Positions 9,012 to 17,050 of a stretch of DNA of 27,266 nucleotides are shown here, piece by piece (within the stretch, counting starts at the first letter, position 1; each line of letters begins with the position of its first letter). The DNA comes from Candidatus Poribacteria bacterium (lineage in GTDB: Bacteria; Poribacteria; WGA-4E; UBA9662): NCBI GenBank assembly GCA_046582655.1, contig JAYGDX010000092.1, positions 1-27,266 of the forward strand. The letters are read 5' to 3'. Under the pieces are notes generated by a model, which made no database searches, was not told where the DNA came from, and saw only the letters and a list, made by a program, of their open reading frames with translations. The position numbers and the translations under genes were made by a program.

Positions 9012-9467
9012 TTGACAAACTCCACGTTCGAACTATGGAGTGGCGAGAGCCCAGTGGGGTGGCGCAGAGAGAACGCCAATGTGCGGAAGGTTGAACTGTC
9101 GGGTGGAGCGATGGGCGTCGAGTTGATCCCACCGAATGGTAATAAGCGCACAGTGCTCGTGCAGGCGTTCGAGCTTCCGGATTCGACGCTCGGAGCGCAA
9201 TTTCGATTGACCCTTAAGGGACGGTCGGACGATGTAAACATGCTGAGCTGTAATATTTCCTACGATGCCGGGAGAGAAGTAGTAGCCGTGGTTAACCATC
9301 CGGGTGATGGAAACTGGCACACCTTGCGAACCGATTTCGTGATTCCTGCTCAAGCGAATCGATTCGGCGCGAACTCATTCGAATGTGTCATCGCTCTAGG
9401 CAAGGGAGCCGCTATGCCTGCACAGATAGACGATGTCTGTCTTGTAGAGGTGGGTGAGCGGGAGTGA
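9012..9467 (+). CDS. Carbohydrate-binding-module-like (galactose-binding jelly-roll) domain; possibly the C-terminal domain of 6612-9005
   Basis: LTNSTFE.W....PVGW start, HPGDGNWHTL and IDDVCL end are CBM4/9-like. Same frame as the upstream gene, separated only by TAG GGC GGA. Confidence 0.65.
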   Translation: MTNSTFELWSGESPVGWRRENANVRKVELSGGAMGVELIPPNGNKRTVLVQAFELPDSTLGAQFRLTLKGRSDDVNMLSCNISYDAGREVVAVVNHPGDGNWHTLRTDFVIPAQANRFGANSFECVIALGKGAAMPAQIDDVCLVEVGERE

Positions 9468-9507
9468 TTAAGAGGTCGTCTGAGGCAAAGTCTGACGTTT
9501 CGTATCT

Positions 9508-10914
9508 ATGATTTTCAGTTCACATATTTTTGTTTACTATTTTCTTCCGATTGCACTTGCAACCTACTATTTACTTCCTCCTCGAGCAAAGCATTTCGGG
9601 TTGACGGTTTTCAGCTACGTCTTTTACGGATGGGCAAACCCTCTGTTTGTCTTTCTGATGTTCGCCTCAACACTGGTTGATTACACTTGCGGTCGGATTA
9701 TCGCCGAACACAAACAAAAGACGCAAGCTCGCAAAACCGCATTGATTGTTTCTATCGTAACAAATCTTTCTCTGCTTGGGTTCTTCAAATATTTCAACTT
9801 CACTATTGAAAACTATAATCTTGTTACGGACTGGCTCGGTTTGCCGTTGTGGGAGAACGTCCTTCGAGTAACGCTTCCGCTCGGAATCAGCTTCTACACA
9901 TTTCAGTCAATGAGCTACACTATTGACGTCTATCGTGGCGATGGTGCAGCTATCCGAAATTTCATAGATTTTGCTTGCTATGTGTCGATGTTTCCGCAAC
10001 TCGTTGCGGGGCCTATCGTTCGGTTTTCGGAGATCTCCGATCAACTGCAGAATCGAACGCACACGTTTCAGAAGTTCGCCCGTGGGTTTGCGTTTTTCGC
10101 CCTCGGTATGGCAAAGAAAGTGCTGCTGGCCAATCCGTGTGGCAAGATCGCCGATACGGTGTTTGAGGCTGGTTTGGTTGTCCCGCTCGATGCCTGGTAT
10201 GGCACGTTGGCTTATGCTTTTCAGATCTACTTCGATTTCAGCGGCTATTCCGATATGGCAATCGGCTTGGGATTAATGCTTGGATTTACTTTTCCCAAAA
10301 ACTTTGATTCCCCCTATTGCTCGGCATCAATCACGGAATTTTGGCAACGATGGCACATCTCGCTGTCCAGCTGGTTACGTGATTACCTCTACGTTCCTCT
10401 TGGCGGCAATCGTAGTGGACAAAGACGCACATATATTAACCTTGGCATTGTAATGTTGCTTGGCGGATTATGGCACGGAGCCTCGTGGAACTTCGTCATC
10501 TGGGGAGGGATTCATGGTGGCATGTTGGCGCTCGAACGTACGCGTGGCAAAGCGAGTTTCTATGAATTATTTCCCAAACCGTTTCGAGTCAGTGCAACGT
10601 TCCTACTTGTGTTGGTAGCGTGGGTCTTCTTCCGTACCAGTGACCTGCCCTGTGCAATTACTCACCTGCAAAGTATGTTTGGCTTAGCACAGTCTCAAGC
10701 AGGCGCCGATCTGATCGCTGGACTCATTTATCAACCGTACCATTTGTTGATGATGGGAATCGCTGTTGTTGTTATCTGGAGTTGTCCACAAACGTGGAAT
10801 TGGACCAAGCACTTGACCCTCATCAAGGCGGGGGCATGTTTGCTACTTCTCTGGCTATCGCTCGTCATTTTGGCGACGCAGGCCTATAATCCATTTATCT
10901 ACTTTATTTTCTAG
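9508..10914 (+). CDS. algI: MBOAT family polysaccharide O-acyltransferase, AlgI-like
   Basis: LPLGISFYTFQ, FPQLVAGPIVR, QIYFDFSGYSDMAIG, FWQRWHISLSSWLRDYLY, GLWHG (catalytic His), C-terminal NPFIYFIF. Confidence 0.96.
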   Translation: MIFSSHIFVYYFLPIALATYYLLPPRAKHFGLTVFSYVFYGWANPLFVFLMFASTLVDYTCGRIIAEHKQKTQARKTALIVSIVTNLSLLGFFKYFNFTIENYNLVTDWLGLPLWENVLRVTLPLGISFYTFQSMSYTIDVYRGDGAAIRNFIDFACYVSMFPQLVAGPIVRFSEISDQLQNRTHTFQKFARGFAFFALGMAKKVLLANPCGKIADTVFEAGLVVPLDAWYGTLAYAFQIYFDFSGYSDMAIGLGLMLGFTFPKNFDSPYCSASITEFWQRWHISLSSWLRDYLYVPLGGNRSGQRRTYINLGIVMLLGGLWHGASWNFVIWGGIHGGMLALERTRGKASFYELFPKPFRVSATFLLVLVAWVFFRTSDLPCAITHLQSMFGLAQSQAGADLIAGLIYQPYHLLMMGIAVVVIWSCPQTWNWTKHLTLIKAGACLLLLWLSLVILATQAYNPFIYFIF

Positions 10915-10921
10915 GTCAGCC

Positions 10922-12547
10922 ATGCAAAACTTAGCAGAAAGCCGACGACAGACAGCAGAGAAAGAAATCGGATTTACCTTTATTAAATATAGTATAAGCG
11001 TGATCAGCACTATCCTTTTCTGTATGACTATTCTTTTCGTTCCGGTTATCCAACATACTTCTAAGATTCGGGAACGCAAACTGCCGCAAGTGTACGATGC
11101 TTTTCGCCTACTGCCGGTGCCAAGCGAAGAAGAGATCCAAAAGTACGAGGACAAGCTTGAAGAGGAATCGGTCGTTTGCAACTGGCTTCTGCCACGGGTA
11201 CAGTCGATCTTGACCCGCTATTTCCATCTTGGCAACGAGCAAGCATATGTGGGACGAGATGGCTGGTTGTTCTACCGATCCGATCTGGATTCATTAATCG
11301 GGTATGGGTTCCTTGACAAAGGTCATCAGCAAGCAAAAAAATTGAATGGAAAACCCTGGGACTCGCCACTGCAACCCGACCCAATCAAAGCAATTGTTGA
11401 TTTCGATCGCCAGTTAAAAACCCATAACATCAAGCTTATCGTCATGCCAACACCACTTAAACCAACAATTCATCCTGAAAAATTCTCCGCTCGATACGTC
11501 AATCCAAACGCACCTATACGCAATCCATCCGATTTGGCATTCATCGAGGCATTAGTGTCAGAAGGGATCCTGGTCTTTGATCCGTCGAAAATTCTGTTCA
11601 ATGCTGCTCGACGAAGTGACCAATATCTAAAGACCGACACGCATTGGACGCCAAAAGCGATGGAATGCGTTGCAACACACTTGGCAAAATTGATTGTGGA
11701 ACGGATCGAATTGTCCACATCAACATCGCGTTCATACACTCGAACAGCAGTCGCGATAACGAACCTCGGTGATATTGCCGAAATGCTTAAATTGCCAGGA
11801 GACCAAACAATGTTTCCACCCGAGCGCGTTACAACCCATGTTGTTCAGACTCCTTCGGGCGAACCTTGGAAACCCAAACGGGATGCAGAGATTCTGTTTT
11901 TGGGGGATAGTTTCAGCAATATCTACTCGCTTGAGGGTATGGGTTGGGGGGAATCAGGTGGCTTCGTTGAACAACTCAGCTTCGCATTGGAACAACCAAT
12001 TGACAAGATTGTGATCAACGCTGGCGGGGCTTACGCAACTCGTCAAGCACTCGCACAGGAATTAAAACGTGGCGACAATCGACTAGCGGGAAAACGCGTA
12101 GTTGTCTATCAGTTTGCAGCGAGAGAACTCTTCTCGGATGACTGGAAACTGCTCGATTTGCTGATTCCGTCGTTTCCCGAACTGGCAGGGCAACGCGTTC
12201 AAGGTCAGCATGTAACAATCACTGCGATCATCAGGAACAAAACGGAGCCGCCCGCTCCAGGTAGTGTTCCATATCCAGAGTGCTTGATTGCACTCCATCT
12301 CCAGAACATCCAAACACACAACGGAGTCAGTCTTCCAGAGGAAGTAGTCGTGTTCGTATGGGGCATGCGTAAAAGTCGATGGACAGCAGCAGCAACTTTC
12401 AAAGTAGGTCAAGAAATCAAATTGCGTCTTCGCCCGTGGACAGAAGTCGAAGCCGAATACGGCAGTTACAATCGCCAGGAGTTGGAAAGCGAAGAGGCAT
12501 GGTTGCTGGATGTTTATTGGGGCGAGGTTGCCAATCAATCAAATTGA
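10922..12547 (+). CDS. AlgJ-like O-acetyltransferase with C-terminal 105-aa module
   Basis: N-terminal TM; GRDGWLF; LIVMPTPLK; YLKTDTHWTP; NLGDIAEML; LFLGDSFSNIY; VVYQFAAREL; directly after the MBOAT. Confidence 0.9.
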   Translation: MQNLAESRRQTAEKEIGFTFIKYSISVISTILFCMTILFVPVIQHTSKIRERKLPQVYDAFRLLPVPSEEEIQKYEDKLEEESVVCNWLLPRVQSILTRYFHLGNEQAYVGRDGWLFYRSDLDSLIGYGFLDKGHQQAKKLNGKPWDSPLQPDPIKAIVDFDRQLKTHNIKLIVMPTPLKPTIHPEKFSARYVNPNAPIRNPSDLAFIEALVSEGILVFDPSKILFNAARRSDQYLKTDTHWTPKAMECVATHLAKLIVERIELSTSTSRSYTRTAVAITNLGDIAEMLKLPGDQTMFPPERVTTHVVQTPSGEPWKPKRDAEILFLGDSFSNIYSLEGMGWGESGGFVEQLSFALEQPIDKIVINAGGAYATRQALAQELKRGDNRLAGKRVVVYQFAARELFSDDWKLLDLLIPSFPELAGQRVQGQHVTITAIIRNKTEPPAPGSVPYPECLIALHLQNIQTHNGVSLPEEVVVFVWGMRKSRWTAAATFKVGQEIKLRLRPWTEVEAEYGSYNRQELESEEAWLLDVYWGEVANQSN

Positions 12548-12591
12548 TTGGCAGTTACGTATCATCATTCGCATAACTTCGGAGGCGTATC

Positions 12592-14601
12592 ATGAAAATT
12601 TGCAGAAAGTATCATTTTACGCAAGTTGCAACCATCGGAATTTGCACGCTAGTCATGATTTCAACGGTTTTTGCCAAACCCCAGTGTCCAACAGACCTCG
12701 ATTGGCTCAAAGGATTATGTGAGGACGGCGCTTTGGCGCATGAGCATAATGGTAAGATTTACCTCACCGAACTTTCTGCAGGCGAGACAGAGATTATAGG
12801 CAAAGGTGGCCAGCCAGAATTTTCGCCGGATAGCTCTAAACTGGCCTGGCTTCACGGCTCCAAGGCGAAGGGATGTATGCGCAAGGGCGACCGTATCATC
12901 TACACTATTGCGACCAATGTCGATCGCCGAGGTGGTGTCCACTGGGTCAGCAACACAGAGGTTGTCGTTCTGGTGAAAAAGAATGAACAGAAAGCGTGGT
13001 ATCGCGTCTCCCTTTCTGGTGAAAGAACGAAGCTGCCAGAGCTCAAGCGTCTGGGAACCGCTCGGCGTGAAACTGATGTGAAGTTGGGTGAAGACGGCGT
13101 ATGGTCATATGTGTCAGACGAAACATGGAAGACGTCTGATGGCGGCAGCGGTCATATCGGCGGCAACTGCTCGGCCAGCCTCTCTCCCAATGGGAGATCG
13201 GTCACCGGTTTGCAAGGCGACCACAAGCGGTGCCGACTCACGGCGATTCGCCAAGGCGGCGTCGATGGTTGGCTTAAGTGGGTGTACGATGGCAAGTTCG
13301 ACAATCATCGCTGGTCTTCTAACGACCCACGGTTTATCGTGTGCGAGGATGAAAAATACATGCGGATGGTGGTGATGCAGGTCGGTACGAACAAAGCCAC
13401 GCACATGGGAAAGAAAGCAGAAGGCGACTCAGCGAATCTGTACGGTGATTTTACTGTGGGCGAAGGAAAAGGGAAGCCGTGGCCGAAGCAAAAGGAATCC
13501 GCTGCTTCCAAAGCGCCGACAGGGTTCGTCTCTCAATCGAAAACGGTTGCACTGGCTAATACCTGGCCCGGCAGTCGCGACGGTCTCATGTTCCTCTGGG
13601 AAAATCGCCGACAGCCGAACGAGATTTTTGACGCCGAAGCACAGACACCACGATATTGCACCGGTCGTCTTCGGAACTTCGCGAAATTTGACCGCTATTA
13701 CGCTATGGACCTCGCAGAAGGTACATTCGACGTCGAAGGCGTTGACCAGATACTGTTGGACGCCTGTCAGAGGACAGATCAACTCACCCTTGAGGCAGTC
13801 ATTACCTCTGTGACGATTCCATCCAAGCGTACCCGCCGCATTATCACGTTTTCCTCCGGACTGGATTCACGTAACTTTGCGTTGGCCCAGAAGCGTGACA
13901 AGCTCGTTTTCCGCTTGCGAACACCGAAAACTAATCGCGACGGGACAAAGCCTGAGATAACTCTTTACACGATTGATGCGGGTAAACCTCATCACATCGT
14001 CGTAGCGTATCATCCGGGCAGACTTGTCTGTTATATAAATGGTGAGCGTGTGCTTTCGATAGGCGAGGTGCGCGGGGATTTCTCCAACTGGTCGTCTCAG
14101 CGGTTGTTGTTTGGCGATGAATGGGGGGGCAAACGAGATTGGGCGGGCAAGCTTGAAGGAGTTGCCATTTACAACCGCTTTCTCTCCCCAGAAGAGGCAA
14201 GACACAATTATGCCCACTATGCGAAGCGATTGAAAACGCGCAAACCTGTTGCGCGATTCGTTGTCGAAGCGAAGCTGCGTGAAAAGACGCAGATGCCAAC
14301 GATTGCCAAGTTACAAGAATATCCACGTGCATTGGTTGTTCACACCTATGACGTGCAGAATGTGTTGAAAGGTCGCCTGGATTCTAGGCGCATTCTGGTT
14401 GCACACTGGGCATTTTTAGACCTTCAACCCGTGCTATTAATTTGCGAAAAAAAGGTCGGCGACCTTTATCGGCTTGAGCTTGAGCGATTCGATGATAACC
14501 CACAATTGGAGTCGGAGTTGCAATTCAACGATTGCGAAGAATTCGACCTGCCGTTCTTCTACTATGTGAGCCAAGGCCAGAAAACGGAAGGGCAAAAATG
14601 A
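12592..14601 (+). CDS. Secreted protein: TolB-like propeller region + LamG + 105-aa module
   Basis: GGAGG RBS; signal peptide; PEFSPDSSKLAW and SLSPNGRSV (PD40-like); LTLEAVI, RRIITFS, PHHIVVAY, WAGKLEGVAIYNRFLS (LamG). Confidence 0.8.
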   Translation: MKICRKYHFTQVATIGICTLVMISTVFAKPQCPTDLDWLKGLCEDGALAHEHNGKIYLTELSAGETEIIGKGGQPEFSPDSSKLAWLHGSKAKGCMRKGDRIIYTIATNVDRRGGVHWVSNTEVVVLVKKNEQKAWYRVSLSGERTKLPELKRLGTARRETDVKLGEDGVWSYVSDETWKTSDGGSGHIGGNCSASLSPNGRSVTGLQGDHKRCRLTAIRQGGVDGWLKWVYDGKFDNHRWSSNDPRFIVCEDEKYMRMVVMQVGTNKATHMGKKAEGDSANLYGDFTVGEGKGKPWPKQKESAASKAPTGFVSQSKTVALANTWPGSRDGLMFLWENRRQPNEIFDAEAQTPRYCTGRLRNFAKFDRYYAMDLAEGTFDVEGVDQILLDACQRTDQLTLEAVITSVTIPSKRTRRIITFSSGLDSRNFALAQKRDKLVFRLRTPKTNRDGTKPEITLYTIDAGKPHHIVVAYHPGRLVCYINGERVLSIGEVRGDFSNWSSQRLLFGDEWGGKRDWAGKLEGVAIYNRFLSPEEARHNYAHYAKRLKTRKPVARFVVEAKLREKTQMPTIAKLQEYPRALVVHTYDVQNVLKGRLDSRRILVAHWAFLDLQPVLLICEKKVGDLYRLELERFDDNPQLESELQFNDCEEFDLPFFYYVSQGQKTEGQK

Positions 14602-15653
14602 ATCGCCTCGACAAACCGCAACTGTTCCGTGCCATTGTAATCTTTATCGGCATAATAGGAATTTTCGCCGATGCGGATGACACTCAGATGGCGCAGCAAT
14701 TCCTGACCGACATCCGTACACAAGCGGAAGTTGCTGAAAAGGCGAGGAGCACTGCTGTCGAAGGGTCAGATGGCTGGCTGTTTTTCGCACCCGAACTTCG
14801 CCACCTGAGCGTGGGACGATTTTGGGGAGATGCTGCAACAAAGGTGAGCCGTGCTTTGAATCCAGAGCATGCAGACCCACTACCCGCCATTCTCGACTTC
14901 AAAGCACAACTAGACAAAGTGGGAATTGAGCTCATCTTGGTTCCTGTGCCAGCAAAGGCGACGATTTATCCAGAGAAGATTTCAGATCAAACCGCTGTGC
15001 CATCACGAGTTGACCGAAATCATTTGGAGTTCTACGATCTCTTGCGAAAACAGGGGGTGAATGTGCTTGATTTAACCCCATTTTTTATCCAACATCGATT
15101 CACCAAGGCGGAACCAATATACTGTGAACAAGACACGCACTGGTCTGGATACGGTTGCATCTTAGCCGCACAGGTCATTGCCGAGGCGATTGGCGATCGG
15201 CCGTGGCTAACTGAGGTTGAGAAACGGGATTACCAGGCCGAAATGCGCATCGTCGAAATCACAGGCGATCTTTGGAAGGCACTAGGCGAGGAAAATCTTC
15301 CAAAGGAACAATTACAACTCACATTTGTCAGAGAACGAACAGCAGATGGAACTTGCCCTGTAGCACCATGGAGGGAGAGCCCAATTGTGCTCTTAGGGGA
15401 TAGTCACAACCTCGTTTTTCACTCAGGCAACGATATGCACTCGCTGGGAGCAGGCTTGCCAGACCATCTTGCTCATCGAATTGGCTTCCCCGTCGATTTA
15501 GTCGCTGTCCGCGGCTCTGGTGCAACTCCATCGCGGTTGAGCCTTTTTCGTCGTCGAGATAACATGAGAGGAAAACGGCTGGTCATTTGGTGTTTCAGTG
15601 TTCGGGAATTTACAGAAGGGCAAGGATGGCGTAAAGTACCTGTGATTCGATAA
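14598..15653 (+). CDS. AlgJ/AlgX-like O-acetyltransferase (stand-alone)
   Basis: ATG 14598 overlaps the upstream stop (ATGA); signal peptide; GSDGWLF, IELILVPVPAK, QDTHWSG, VLLGDSH, VIWCFSVREF. Confidence 0.9.
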   Translation: MNRLDKPQLFRAIVIFIGIIGIFADADDTQMAQQFLTDIRTQAEVAEKARSTAVEGSDGWLFFAPELRHLSVGRFWGDAATKVSRALNPEHADPLPAILDFKAQLDKVGIELILVPVPAKATIYPEKISDQTAVPSRVDRNHLEFYDLLRKQGVNVLDLTPFFIQHRFTKAEPIYCEQDTHWSGYGCILAAQVIAEAIGDRPWLTEVEKRDYQAEMRIVEITGDLWKALGEENLPKEQLQLTFVRERTADGTCPVAPWRESPIVLLGDSHNLVFHSGNDMHSLGAGLPDHLAHRIGFPVDLVAVRGSGATPSRLSLFRRRDNMRGKRLVIWCFSVREFTEGQGWRKVPVIR

Positions 15654-15835
15654 CCGCGATGGCGTTGATAGCCAAATCCCTGAAAAGAAGGAAAAGGTCT
15701 ACAAAAATTGAACACGCATTGTGAAACCGTCAACAAGCTTACAAACTCTAATATTACAAAACGCCTAAGGACTAGAACATGAGGGGCTTCTGAATCTCCA
15801 CATATTTGTCTTATTTCAACTTATTTTACCTGCGA

Positions 15836-16717
15836 CTAAAGAGGAACTAGCTCCAGTGCATTTTGAAAAAACAGCTTGTTGCTGACTTCCAACGGAAGAT
15901 TGAGTGTTGGCAAAAAGGTTTGAAGTTCCTGTCCAGGGGCGTCCCGACCAAAAAGCAGACGATCCGAATAATGAATAATGAACTTGCGTCCATACTCTGG
16001 ATCACGCCTGATTGCACCCAAACCTGACCCGGCTGAGAGATCAGCATAAAGATTGGGATATGTATCCAAAAGTCGCTGAACTTCACCTCCGCTGACGATC
16101 TTGCCCTTTGGATAGGTGGCCGAGTCTTGTTTAGCATCGCCACTGATGTAGCGCCAGAATCCGGGGGCGTGGCCAACAAAAATGGTTTCGGGACAATTCT
16201 GTAGAGCGCGTTCCAGTGCTCCAATTCCACCGCCATACCAGTTGGTCTGATAGACCTGACCACCATTTCCGTCTGGCAGATATGGTGCATCTATATGTAA
16301 TATCACTGGGCATCCCAGTCTACCGGCAGTTTGGAAAAGTTCTAAGGCACGCGGATCATCCAGCAACATCCGGTAACTCCACTCCCCGCAGACCCTGACA
16401 CCATGCATATGATAAGCCGTTTCAAATAGCTCAGATGCACTACCTTCAGAAGGGCATGGACAATATCCAGCCACGAAGCGGCCCGGATAATCGTCTCTAG
16501 CTCGTAACACCTCATTGAGAACAGCTCCGGCATGTGTGCCATCTGGTCGAAAATTCAACGGGTTAAATGCACCATGGGTTGAGCGGACATCTTCTGAAGG
16601 AGGTAGATACCAGGTTAATAACCAAGTAACGTCGATACCAAATGTGTCCATTTCCGCAATCACACCCTTTGGAGTTAGATTATGATAGTAAACGTGTTGG
16701 TGTGCATCGATAATCAT
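15836..16717 (-). CDS. Amidohydrolase family (Amidohydro_2-like) metal-dependent hydrolase
   Basis: IIDAHQH metal motif, PVILH, FVGHAPGFW, YPNLYADLSA, DRLLFGRD, NALEL. Confidence 0.92.
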   Translation of the reverse strand: MIIDAHQHVYYHNLTPKGVIAEMDTFGIDVTWLLTWYLPPSEDVRSTHGAFNPLNFRPDGTHAGAVLNEVLRARDDYPGRFVAGYCPCPSEGSASELFETAYHMHGVRVCGEWSYRMLLDDPRALELFQTAGRLGCPVILHIDAPYLPDGNGGQVYQTNWYGGGIGALERALQNCPETIFVGHAPGFWRYISGDAKQDSATYPKGKIVSGGEVQRLLDTYPNLYADLSAGSGLGAIRRDPEYGRKFIIHYSDRLLFGRDAPGQELQTFLPTLNLPLEVSNKLFFQNALELVPL

Positions 16718-17050
16718 TTAATTCACCTTTATTCCTTTCTATGAAGTAGATCTTTGAAACGTTAACCTGACTTGCTCCACAGTGGTTGAGATAATATGTG
16801 GCCGAGGAAATTAACGTATCCAGACCATTGATTCTTTAGTATACTGTTAGGAGACGCATCAGCAAGGACCAAACCAGTCAGAAAATACATTTCCCTCTTA
16901 ATAGATCAGACCTCCATGATTACTGTCGTGTTGCCCTGCCTGCTTTTTTTGAGAGTCGATGCGATTTTACTGTTTATTCAATCTGCGGTCAATCAGGACA
17001 CTCAATTAAGGAAAAGATTTAGTATATCCAAGTTTAGGAATTAATCGCTT

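Noticed and set aside
14532..14597. Track start for the last AlgJ-like gene
   Set aside because: ATG 14598 gives an ATGA translational coupling and a clean signal peptide.
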